From the human T2T-CHM13v2.0 reference genome, Homo sapiens: 64,000 bases of DNA. Location of the stretch: assembly GCF_009914755.1 (NCBI RefSeq), contig NC_060933.1; one strand, 5' to 3'. Positions 13,852-24,769 of this stretch are shown here, in pieces; position 1 is the first letter of the stretch, and each line of letters starts with the position of its first letter. Under the pieces are notes generated by a model, which was given only the letters and a program-made list of their open reading frames with translations, was not told where the DNA came from and searched no databases. The position numbers and the translations under genes were made by a program.

Positions 13852-14833
13852 TCTGCCATTCTGACTGAAAACACCTGCTTAATATATTGTCAGGAGATTT
13901 TAATGAAATTTTAAATGGGATCATGTTCTATTAATGTTAGTTGGTCAAGAGCATTTGAGCTTCAAGAACAGCTACAATTTATTGAGAAATTTCTATTTAT
14001 CAGGCACCAAGTCTGTACTTAACATGGATGCTTCCATGCCTCACAATGATTTTATTTGAGAAGGTATTATTGTTGGCACTACTTTACATTTGAGGAAACC
14101 AAGGCTCAGGAGAAGGCAAGTAGCTAGCCCAAGATCACACGGTTATCAAAAGGCTGAGAGATCCCGTCCAACAGACTCTCCTCTCCCATACTAGGCTGTT
14201 GCAATCATTCTGATGGCCCAGACCTTCCCTGCAAGTGGGAATCCTTCACCTGAGAACATCTGCTACCACAAGAGAGAGGAACTGACCCTCATCTCCCCCC
14301 AGACAGCCTCTGGTGACTTTACACACCATCTAAACAAAGCCTCTGGCACAGCCACCAACATATTTCACTCCCTATTAAGGAAAGCTGAGACAGGGCAGGC
14401 CTCTGGACACTTCATTAGGGGAACATCAGGACACATAAGGACTGTAATAAAACAGGAACCGAAGAGGGTGTCCATGGGGAAAGCCCGGAGCTGCTTGTGC
14501 TTGTACCCCTGCAGAATTTTAGAGGAGGAAGGGAGGGCTGAGGGCACAGAGAGACAAGGGCGGGGGAGAGGGGGATGAGATAAGGCTGCCATGGGAAAGC
14601 AAGAGCTTTGCTGCCAACAGAGCAAACACAGGATGTGGATCCCAGCTCAGTCTCTCCCTAGCTGTGTGGTCTTGGGCAAGGCCATTTCACTTGATGTACC
14701 ACAATGATCCAATCCATAAGATGGAGATATCAATGCTTGCCAGGTGGGATTTTGTGAGAATTAAATAATAATTTTAAAAATTAGCATGTTAAGGCTGTGA
14801 CTTTCCCCCTAATGGTTTCGATGAACTGTAGGT

Positions 14834-15070
14834 GGACATGAGGGCGATCTGGCTGCAACATCTGTCACCCCATTGACCTCCAGGGTTGATTCAGCTGATC
14901 TGTCTGGCAAGGGAGGTGTCCTCTTCCCCCCTCACTGCTCTATGTGTGTCCCTCCCAAAGCTGTATGCTCCGTTGAAGAGGATGGCCATCCCCAATAGAG
15001 GAGGACTGTTTTTTGGTCAAGGGCATACAGTAGCTGCACGCCCCTGCTAGAACCTCCAAACAAGCTTTCA
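14834..15070 (+). pseudogene. 7SK snRNA retropseudogene (RN7SKP type), 5' ~240 nt only, no poly(A)
   Basis: ggacatgagggcgatctggctgcaacatctgtcaccccattg...gctgatctg...gaagaggatggccatcccc..tagaggaggac...cctgctagaacctccaaacaagct aligns with 7SK from nt 1. Degenerate TSD atgaactgtaggt/gtgagctgtaagt. Confidence 0.93.
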
Positions 15071-15196
15071 GTGAGCTGTAAGTTTATGATTCTCCACCTT
15101 TGTAAATTCCCCAAAACCTCTAATTGGTGTTCAGATCAGGCATACATAGGGTAAGGTTCAGGAAACTATCTTTTAAACAAACACACAAGAGAATTC

Positions 15197-15424
15197 TTTT
15201 TGTTGTTGGTAGTGGTAGTAAATTTATTCTTGAAACCATTTCAATGAGATATATTAACATGTAAAAAGCTGTGCATATTTAATGTATATAACTCAATGAA
15301 ATGGAACCTTGGTGCCCTGTTAGTGGGAATGTACATTGGTACAGCCATTATGGAAAACAGTAGATAAATTCCTCAAAAAATTAAAAATGGAACTACCATA
15401 TGATCCAGAAATTTCACCCTAGGT
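15197..15424. mobile_element. Small L1M insertion made of two opposite-strand pieces (3' end on minus ~15197-15298; inverted piece on plus ~15299-15424)
   Basis: aaaagctgtgcatatttaatgtatataac (reversed L1 3' end) abuts ggaacc..gtgggaatgta..ttggtacagccattatggaaaacag..gaactaccatatgatccag. Confidence 0.7.
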
Positions 15425-15859
15425 AATTCTTATGTAGGAAGAAAATCCTGCTCCACACCTAGTGAAATACCAACAGTAAACAGGAGAAAATAATATCAGG
15501 CAATTTTTAAACCTCCTAGTAATAGTGGTAGTGCAAGGACTTTAGAATCATGACACTTGGTTACCAATATTATGTTGCTTATGTAGGATGAAATATATAT
15601 TATCTATGGATTTTAGTCTCCTCCTAGGTGATCTGGGTAAACTACCCTAAATAACTGTTTCAAGAAATAAGTAAAATAATGCACATAAACTTCCCTGCAT
15701 ATTCCCCACCATATGGTAAGTGCTCGGTATTATTTCTCTGATAGATTCATTTTCACCTAGCTCTTGCAAATGACTTGTAATAATCCCTCAACTGTGGAAA
15801 ACATAGACACAAAAAAATTTTCTACCTCAATTCCAACCTCACATTTTGTTTAATAAAGC

Positions 15860-16700
15860 AATTTACAGGGGGTAAAAATAATTAGTGGTTTTAAATGCTT
15901 TAATACAAGCAGGCGCTGTAATCATGATAAATCATCTCTGACATATGCCCAGCTCCTCCAAGTGACAGATGACAAACAAAAGCAGGACAAGGTCCTCCGT
16001 CACAGGCGGAATCATTGAATTAATGGAAGAATTATTGCTTCTGAAATCCACTCCAGTCCTATTGAGGAGAACGTTCCAATTTATCAAAGCCAAATGAACA
16101 TTAATTGCAGCAGTCTGGTAAGTTTTCCAGCCACTATGACCTTCATTGAATTTTAATCCAAAACAGATAAGATTTCCTTCCACACAAGAGGAAACAACAC
16201 AATTAGCTCAAAATGACAGCTAGATTATGAAGCAGGCACACACAAACAACACACACACATTCACACTCACGCACACTCCCAGTGAAAATATTGATTCTAC
16301 TTGACTTAAAATTCAGCACAAAGGAGGTGAGCAGAGAAAAAGGTAAATAAATACAATCACCACATCTGCCTAACCCCTTCCCCCTCTTCATTCAGGAGAG
16401 AAATTTTAGAGGCGGAAGCCAAGATGGAGAAGGTGGCAGGCAGTAATGGAGACAGAATTTCTGTTAACTGCTGTAATTAATGTTATGTCTCATCAGGGAG
16501 AGATTAGGAAAAAACAGAGAAGGAAGGAAGAAAAAACAAGTGTTATTTTGCTATTAAAGACGCCCTTGAGCTGGGAACATTAGCAGCCGAAGTTTGAATT
16601 GGGTAATTGTTTGACTGTATCGGTGGATTTGCAGACAGGATTACCACAGTGAAGTGAAATGTAGTTGCGCTGAACCTACAGCGTGAGTGGCTCCCTCAGC
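15860..16700. promoter_or_regulatory. Candidate intronic developmental enhancer (repeat-free, motif-rich)
   Basis: About 0.85 kb with no recognisable repeat. It contains TGATAAAT (PBX-HOX-like), TGACAG x2 (MEIS/TGIF), a CAGATG E-box and many TAAT/ATTA cores. Confidence 0.4.
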
Positions 16701-17109
16701 ATGGAGCAAGGGGCCTTCTGCTGGGTGCAGTTTATAGCCTGACACAGGCACACTGCCCTGAGATTTAGATGGGAAGGCCAGCTCTGTCATCAACCTGCTG
16801 TAAGACATCGTGAGTCACCCTTTGAGACCTAAAAGCTTTGTTTTTGTATTTATTTTCACTCTATTAAAGGGGTTGAACTGGAGTTTTTAAAACGCTTTTG
16901 TTTTTTGAGAATTAAATCAGAAATTTCTGTTTTCATCAATTCTAAATATCTGTGGCCAGAAAGAACTGGCTGCCTTCTTCCATGGTCCAGGGTCAGGCTT
17001 GCCTCAATATCTCATAGTCTCGTAATTGGATGATTATGGAGATGAGCTCCTAAAAAGTCCTTATCCATCCTTGCCCCCTATAAGAAAGGAAATATTATAC
17101 AGCAGATGG

Positions 17110-17450
17110 AGCAGAGAGCTCATTTGGAACTAGAAATATATGTTTAATTCTGGGCTCGGACACTGGCTATGTGATCATACTAGAGAGTTGTCTTAACCTT
17201 CTAGACCTTGGTTTTATCATTTGTGAAAACGGAACAGTAAAAACAGCAATATCAATAGTATCATTAATACAACATTTGTATAGAGTTTGCATATTTACCA
17301 ACTTTTAACTGTAGAAACTATTACTCTCACCATTTTACAGTTGAGAAGACAGAGGCACAGAGAAGTTAAGTAACTTAACCAATGTCACTCTACAAGTTAC
17401 GTGGTGAGGCCAGGATTCCAATCCAGGCAGTTCTGTCCCAAAGTCAACAT
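17110..17450. mobile_element. Two MIR fragments (plus then minus)
   Basis: ctggctatgtgatc..cttaacctt..ggttttatcatttgtgaaa and cattttacagttgagaagacagaggcacagagaagttaagtaactt. Confidence 0.7.
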
Positions 17451-17454
17451 TCTT

Positions 17455-18910
17455 GTTTTGGGTTTTAGCCTTTTTATTTTGAAAGAATTATAGACTCACA
17501 GGAAGTTGCAAATTTAGGAGAGAGCTCTTGTGTACTCTTCACTCAGCTTCCCCCAATGTCAACATTTTTCATAACTATAATAAAATAATGAATACCAGGA
17601 CATTAACCATGATTCAACACTATTAACTAAACCACAGACCTTATACAAGTTTCACAAATGATGCCTCTTCCAGCTTATGGTAGCTCTTGGTTTTCCTTGG
17701 CTTGGGCTACATAATGCTCATTTCTCTCTCCATCTTCATACCATCTTCCCCTGTGCCTTCTCTTCCATGTGTCTCTCATAAGGACTAATTTTTTTAATTT
17801 TTTTCACTAATGTCCTTGTTTTTCCACTAATGTTTTTATTTTGGTCCAGGATCCCACATTGCATTTAGTTGTCATATCTCCCTAGTTTCCTCCAATTTGT
17901 GACAATTACTGTTTTCCTTGTTGTTGTTTTTGTTGTTTATGATCTTAACACTTTTGACCATTGCTTGTGAATTATTTTGTAGAATGCCCATCATTGGGTT
18001 TGTCCATATTTTTTCATGATTAGAATGGTTATACATTTTTGGCAAGAAACCCACAGAAATGACATTGTCCTTATCAGTGCATTACTTCAGTGGATTCATA
18101 ACGTCAATGTGTCTGATGAGTGAGGATGTTAATTTTGATGACTTGGTTAAGGTGGTGTGGTCAGTTGAATAGTGGGTCCCAGAAAGATATGCCCACACCC
18201 TAATCCCTGGAGTTTGTGAATGTTATCTTATTTGGAAAAAAGGGTCTTTGCAGATGTAATTGAGTAAAAAAATCTTATGTATAACAATCTGAGTTATCAA
18301 GGTGAACCCTAAATCCAGTGACAAGCATCCTAATGAGAGGCGCATGGAAGAAAAGACACAGGAGAATGTAGTATGGAGGCGGACGTAGAAATTAGCGTTC
18401 AATAGCCCAAACCAAGGAAAACCAAGAGCTACCATAAGCTGGAAGAGGCAAGACAGGATTCTCCCTTCGAGCCCCAGGGAGAGTGTGGCCCTGCCAACAC
18501 CATGATTTCAGACTTCTGGCCTCCAAAACTGTGACAGAATAAATTTCTGTTGTCTTAAGCTTCTTAAATTATGGTAATTTGTCACGGCAGCCTTAGGAAG
18601 CAAATACAAGTGGTATCGGCCAGATTTCTCCACTGTAAAGTCACTATTTTCCTTCTGTAATTAATAAATGTCTTGGGGGGAGACACTTTGAGACTCCACA
18701 AATACCCTATATCTTCTCAAAATTTCACCATTAATTTTAGTATACATCAGTGGATCTTGTCAGTAGTAATTATTACAGTGGTGATTGCCTAATGGTGATT
18801 TTCTGTTTCCCTCTTTCCTTCTACATTTATTAACTGGAATTCTACTGTAAGAAAGAGCAATCTTTTCTGCCCCATTTATTTATTTAGTCAATTATTTATA
18901 TCAGTATTTT
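17455..18910 (-). mobile_element. L1MC-type LINE-1 3' fragment containing an MLT1B/C insertion
   Basis: ttttattttgaaa..ttatagactcacaggaagttgcaaa...gatcccacattgcatttagttgtcat...tttctccactgtaaagt. 15-bp TSD aaagtcaacattctt/aaagtcaatattctt. Confidence 0.85.
18156..18608 (+). mobile_element. MLT1B/C solo LTR
   Basis: tgtggtcagttgaatagtgg...ttatttggaaaaagggtctttgcagatgtaatt...gacttctggcctccaaaactgtga..aataaatttctgttgt...aaataca. TSD ggtgg/agtgg. Confidence 0.88.
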
Positions 18911-19539
18911 AAAGTCAATATTCTTAATAACCTCCCAACATAGCTCAAAGGATGTTTGTGAAGGCCAAGAACGATAACAGAGTAGGAAGAATATTTTTAG
19001 AGGCCAAAGGAGAAGAAAGGGACCTTCCCTGGGCACCTTGCTGATGCTTCATGAGCCTTTTATCACTTATTCCTCCCCTCAGCCCCATGAATGTGGATCT
19101 CTCGCCTCATTTACAGCTCAGGAGAAAGTGAGGTTCAGAAAGGTTCAGTAATGTGCCAAAGGACACACAGCAGTAAGGGAAAGAATCACAGTTTAAGTCC
19201 TCATCTGTCTTGTCTCCAAAACCACGTGATTCCCACCAAATCAAGCTATGTTCTGAAGACTGGGAAGGAGGGAGAAAGGTGGATTAATTGAAGGGAGAGG
19301 CAGAAGTTCCAATATATCCAAATCAAAGCTCACTTTCCATTTTTACTGTGGGCTTATTTGGGGCATATGAGAAAGGGAGTAAACAGCGTGAACCTCACTG
19401 CAAATGTGCTCACAGCATTCATTTTGTGTTGCTGTTAAAATACCACACAAAAGCCCCAGGTTCTTGAAGGGGAGGAAAATGTGGAACAGGAGGCTGGGGC
19501 AGAGGAAGTTGGGAATGGTCACCAAGGGGACACACGCCC

Positions 19540-20050
19540 TGACTCTCTTGCCAACCTGTCCGCCCCTCCCCACTTTACTTCCCTGCAGTCTCTGGATCTC
19601 CCCTCTCCTTCCCTTCTCCCAGACTCCCTGTTGCAATCCAGTCCACCCTGCCCTGCCATGGCCTCTTCTCAGATCCACAGTGCTGGGTGCCCCTGCCTCC
19701 AGCCCTCTCATCTCTGCTGGATGCTGTCTGGGCTTGATTGCCTCCTCAGCCTCGGATCACCCCGATTGCCCGCCCTTCACTCCATCTACCTCGCTACCCG
19801 ACTCCCAGCCCTTTCTTGAGGTTGAGTTCCATCTGCTTCTCTTACTCGCTGTCTCTCTCTTTTCCTGTTCTCTTCTCTCTGTATCACTTCCTCCATGCTT
19901 TTTATTCTCTGTTTCATTTTCCCCCATCTCTGCTTTTGTTGCTAAATCCCTTTCTGTCTGTTCTTGCCAATTCTCCTTTATTTTTCTATGTCTCTCCCAT
20001 CCTTGGTGCCCCATTCTCTCAGTTTCTTCTTTATTTCTCTCCGTCTCTAG
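19540..20050. repeat. Pyrimidine-rich (CT) low-complexity tract
   Basis: Strong C/T skew on the plus strand. Confidence 0.7.
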
Positions 20051-20379
20051 TAATTTCAACGTACCTAGTATAGAATAGTTTCTCAATCAACATGGGTTGG
20101 ATGTTTCTGTCGGTATTTTCTTCTGCTTCCCTCTGTCCATATTATATATACATAGCTATAGCTATACACGTTCTTATTCTGCATTGTGCTTTGGCCAGGA
20201 GGTTCAGTGGAACTGCCTTCAGGCCCTTTTCCTGAGCTGCCTCTTGCCATCTCCAAGATACCCTTGTCAAACTTTTCCATCTGGGCTTTATCATTGGCCC
20301 ACACTAATGGGACAGGGATGAAGAACATCCATTCTCCAGCTTCATTTTCCCCATCTACAACATGAAGGTGGGGTACATT

Positions 20380-20755
20380 CTATTGCTGTGGCAATTGCTT
20401 GCATGTGCACCCCCTGTAAAAGAATTGCACACCCCTGCCATTGGCTCTGGGCTTGGCCATGTGATGTGCTTTGGCCGATAGAATGTGAGAGAACCCACAT
20501 CTGAGCATCAGTTTCAAGAGGCATCCTATATTTTTGCCAGCTCTCTTGCTCATTCCCTCTGCCATGAAAACCAAATGTTTCAAACTGGGGCTCCCCTTCA
20601 GCCAAAGTACCAGAAGGAGAAGACAAGCAGAGCTGAGCCTGCAGTGACTGCAGCTGCCGATGTGTAAGGTGCATGAGAAGTAAAGCATGGTGTGGCCAAG
20701 GCACTATGATTTAGAGTGGTCTGTTTGCAGAATAAACAAGCAAGAGCTGACTAGC
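20380..20755 (+). mobile_element. MLT1I/J-like old MaLR LTR
   Basis: gggcttggccatgtgatgtgctttggcc.atagaatgtgag...ccctctgccatga...agctgactag. Confidence 0.65.
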
Positions 20756-21696
20756 CTGGAAGAGTTGGATATTCTATGAGGTCTCAGGTGTTTTCAGCTC
20801 CAAGATCCCACTATATTTCATACTTCTACTGTTTTTTTTTTTTTTTGGAAACTCTTGCTAAATGCTTTTATGTGCATTAAGTTTGATGTTATGATTTTAA
20901 TTTTATTTCCATTTTGCAAATGATCACACAAGAAACTCAGAGAGGTGAGATGACTAGCCTGCATTTCTATAGCCGGTATGTGGAAGTCTAAGCTTGAAAC
21001 CAGGCCTCCTGAAGCCAAATTCCATGCTCATTCTACTTCGCTATGGTGCATCTCTAAATGTTGTGAAAAATAAGCATTTCCTATATTTCCTACACATGGA
21101 AGCTATGGCTTATTTTCCTACTTTGCCCACAGGCCTAGCTAGAGACCCTGCAGGCTTTTAGTGAAACCATGTTGTTGAAGCAAGTCAAGACCAAGCCACA
21201 AGGTTCATGTGACTTAAAATTTTAAAGTATTTTTTAAAGTCTATACTTACAATATTAAAAGTTCTACTTTCTGGAAAAAAAAACGTGAATGATACTCATG
21301 GGGTATGGCCCACTTATGTAAAAAAGTACTTGGGATATTTGTGTTACAAAACTTCATCATACCTTGGCAATTGATATAAGCTTGGTATCTTCATTTTTAG
21401 ATGGGTGCAGTGAGGTTAAGAAGGGGATGTGACTTGCATAAGATCATGGAGCATATTGGTGGCACAGCAGAGACACATAACTATTTGTGCTGCATGTATT
21501 ACATGGTTTTTCCACTACTAGATGTTTGCCATCCTCACATTTTAAATAATCCCTCTCAGGATCTGTTTTCCCTACTACTCTGTCTTTTCTCTGAAAAGCA
21601 TTTGGGAATCACAGTCTGTAACAGCTTGGCTTCTCCTACCCTAGTTGTCCTGAGTGACCTTCAATGATATTACTTATAAATAACATGGTGGCAGTA

Positions 21697-21850
21697 TTAG
21701 GTTGATGCAAAAGTAACTGTGGTTTTTGCCATTGAAAGTAATGGTATTTCTCAAAGTTTCACCATTAATTTTAGTATACATTGGTGGATCTTGTCAGTAG
21801 TGGTATTATTTTCAATGGCAAAAACCACAGTTACTTTTGCACCAGCCTAA
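21697..21850. mobile_element. MADE1 (Hsmar1 MITE) with an expanded centre
   Basis: TA + ttaggttgatgcaaaagtaactgtggtttttgccatt ... aatggcaaaaaccacagttacttttgcaccagcctaa. It is 154 bp instead of ~80 bp. Confidence 0.93.
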
Positions 21851-21858
21851 ATATTTAT

Positions 21859-22537
21859 TGTTTTCAGTTGAATTGGGTCCTCCAAAAGCAATATGTTAAG
21901 CTCCTAACCCTCAGTACTTCAGAATGTGGTGTTATTTGAAGACAGGGTATTTATAAAGGCAATCAATTTTTAAATGAGGTTGTTAGGGTGGGACCCAGTC
22001 AGAGTGCAGCGGCATGATCTCAGCTCACTGCAACCTCCGTCTCCCAGACCCAAGCGATCCTCCCACCTCAGCCTCATGAGTAGCTAGGACCACAGGCTCA
22101 CACCACCAAGGCCAACTAATTTTTTGTATTTTTGCTATAGACAGGGTTTCACCATGTTACCCAGGCTGGTCTCAAACTCCTGAGCTCAGGTGATACACCC
22201 ATCTCGGCCTTTCAAAGCGGTAGGATTACAGGCTTCAGCCACCGCACCTGGCCTCTGGTGTCCTCATAAAAGGGGGAGAATTGGGGCATAGAGACAGACA
22301 TCACATGGGCAGAATGCCATGTGAAGATGGAGTTCTGCTGCCATAAGCCAAGGCACTACCAGAACCTAGAAGGAAAGCCTGGAGCAGATCTTTCCCTGGT
22401 GCCTTCAGAAGGTGCATGGTCTCGCAGATATCTTGATTTTAAACTTCCGGCCTCCAGGATTGTGAGATAATAAATGTCTGTCTTTTAAGCCACTCAGTTT
22501 GTGGTACTTTGTTATTGCAAACTAGGAAGCTAATGCA
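21859..22537 (+). mobile_element. MLT1B-like LTR interrupted by an Alu
   Basis: gttgaattgggtcctccaaaa...cagtacttcagaatgtg...aaatgaggt...gccatgtgaagatggag...ttttaagccactcagtttgtggtactttgtt. Confidence 0.85.
22001..22253 (-). mobile_element. AluJ-like, lacking its 3' end and tail
   Basis: agagtgcagcggcatgatctcagctcactgcaacctcc...gattacaggcttcagccaccgcacctggcc. Confidence 0.9.
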
Positions 22538-24204
22538 CTTATAAGTAGCAGAGTAATGACATTTATAGAACCAGGGCTGTGTGTCAGGCTCCAGCATATG
22601 TGCTTTATATCTATCATCTCTGATGATTCTCACAACAGCCCCTCTTTAGACAGGTAATTCCATCAGAGAAAGTACATGCTCAAATCCCACTACTACCAAG
22701 TCAGTTATGGAGCCAGAATGTGAACCTCAGAACACACAGAGTCACAGGTCTTACAAGTTAGTTATACTTCCTGTGCTTATTTTCTCAACAGTAGAGCAGG
22801 AGTAATAATATCTATTGAGATTACTGTAAGAATTTAATGAGTTAAATACATGTCAAGTACAATCACACTAAGCACTGTAAAAGTGCTTGTTAGCATTATT
22901 AAGATTCTTCAATGTCTTGATTACTCAGTTATTATTTCTACTCAGTTACTGTTTCTCTTAAGATATGGCCCCAAAAATAAACACAATATTTCAGTTCTCA
23001 CCCAGTACCTCTAGAATTATTTGTTCAGAAACCTAGCCTTTTATTAATTCAACTTAAAATATAAGACCACTTTCAGCAATGAGACCCCATAGTTGGCTCA
23101 ATCTGAGCTGGTGGCTGATTTTGTAAAAAGCTTTTTTTTTTTTTTTTCTATCTCTTTTTTTTCTAGCAGATAGGCTTTTCATTGCTAGATTTAATAGGCA
23201 GGTAAACCATTCCATGATTGAATGATTAAATCAATGAATGAAGGAATATGCTATGAATGAAAAAACGTCACGGTTGGAGCAATGATATAAAGCCATCTTT
23301 TACAGAAACCTTTAAAAAGTGTTATCCCAATATCACACCGATCCTCTAAACAAAGCTACTGAATAAGAATGGTAGTAATAATTTCTTAGATTTGTGTGAC
23401 ATTTTATATTCCTCAAAGTATTATTCTATGTTATTATATCACAGAGTCATAGATCATCTAAATTGGAGGCAACTACAATAGTCATCTAATTTAACTATTA
23501 TTCCTCTCTAAACCCCAGTGACTTTGCCTGCACAAACTCAGGGAGAAGAAACCCACAACTTCTTGATTCGGCCTACTCCACCGATGGATAGCTCAGACAC
23601 TTTGAAGTGTTTGTCCTGTCGTGCATGAGAATTTTGACCTCTTGGAATCCTGAATCCTCCCTCATTGGAGGCCAGCAATACAAATCCGTGGCATTTTCTT
23701 TGGGATGATCCTTCTGAGAGAAACATGCCCTCAAAATTCTTTTCTTCTCCTACATCAAACCAAACATTTCTTTTCATCCCCTTTCTCAAAACATTTTGTC
23801 ACCACAAAGACAAAAGGGAAAAAACAAAAGCGCCAAGATAAAACATATTGGTCTCAAACAGTTTCTATCTAGTAACTCTTGTGGAAATCTTTAAAACAAG
23901 ACACATCACATTAAAATGAAATTATATTTCTCACTGTTAAAAAGGGGGAGAGGAGGAAAGAGTAGAATTATATGACCAACCCTCTGAACCACAAGTGATA
24001 ACTATTTTTGTTGAAAGCAACTTTGATCTATGCAAAAGTGAAATATATATTGAAATGCCAATGTGACAATGGCAATGGCAACAAAAAGCAAAATGAAAAA
24101 AACAAATAAATGCAAAAAAGAAACAAGAAGTTGTGATCACATCTGCTAGGACCTATTGCATTTCCTCATGCCTGCGTGAAGCAGATAAACTCTTCCCACT
24201 TTCT

Positions 24205-24342
24205 TTTTTTTTTTTTTTTTGAGCAGAGTCTCACTCTGTTGCCCAGGCTGGAGTCCAGTGGCGTGATCCTGGCTCACTGCAAGCTCCGCCTCCTGCCTGC
24301 AAGCAGGCGGATCACGAGGTCCGGAGATCAAGACAATCCTGG
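24205..24342 (-). mobile_element. Short AluY-like insertion with a 5' inversion
   Basis: Poly-T plus the Alu 3' end (minus; AluY-type gcaagctccgcctcc) is joined to a plus-strand left-arm piece gcggatcacgaggtc.ggagatcaagacaatcctggct. Perfect 13-bp TSD cttcccactttct. Confidence 0.88.
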
Positions 24343-24769
24343 CTTCCCACTTTCTAAATAAGGATACCAACACTAAAAGAACCTCTTTCTTTATCCTGCA
24401 AGTTTGCATATGTAGATCACAAACTTAGCTGGCAAATAGTTAGGGGCCCATAATAGCTTGTTCTGATAAACAATGTAAAGTGCACCCCAGGATTCAAGCC
24501 ATGGTTTTCCTCTGACTTTGCACCTGTAGTCAAATCACTCAGCCTGCTTTGGATTTCTTTTCTCCTATCTATAAAATGCTGGCATGAGCAACTCCTCTCC
24601 CTAACTGACAAGTTTCCAATTTCTATCAAATGTTTTGTGCACCTGGAGTGAATACTCTATAAAATAACAGACATGATAACCCTCACTATAGCTAACATTT
24701 TAATAACGGCTACTGCTTTTTGAGCACTTACAGAATGTCAGGCACTGTGCCATGCAGAACTGTGCCCAA

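Noticed and set aside
19404-20078. Longest ORF in the track (224 aa, plus strand)
   Set aside because: It results from a pyrimidine-rich low-complexity tract that lacks stop codons (L/S/P/F-rich). It shows no domain or splice context and is antisense to ASTN2.
21697-21850. Assigning a named MIR548 gene
   Set aside because: MADE1 origin is clear, but I cannot link this copy to an annotated miRNA, and the enlarged loop is atypical.
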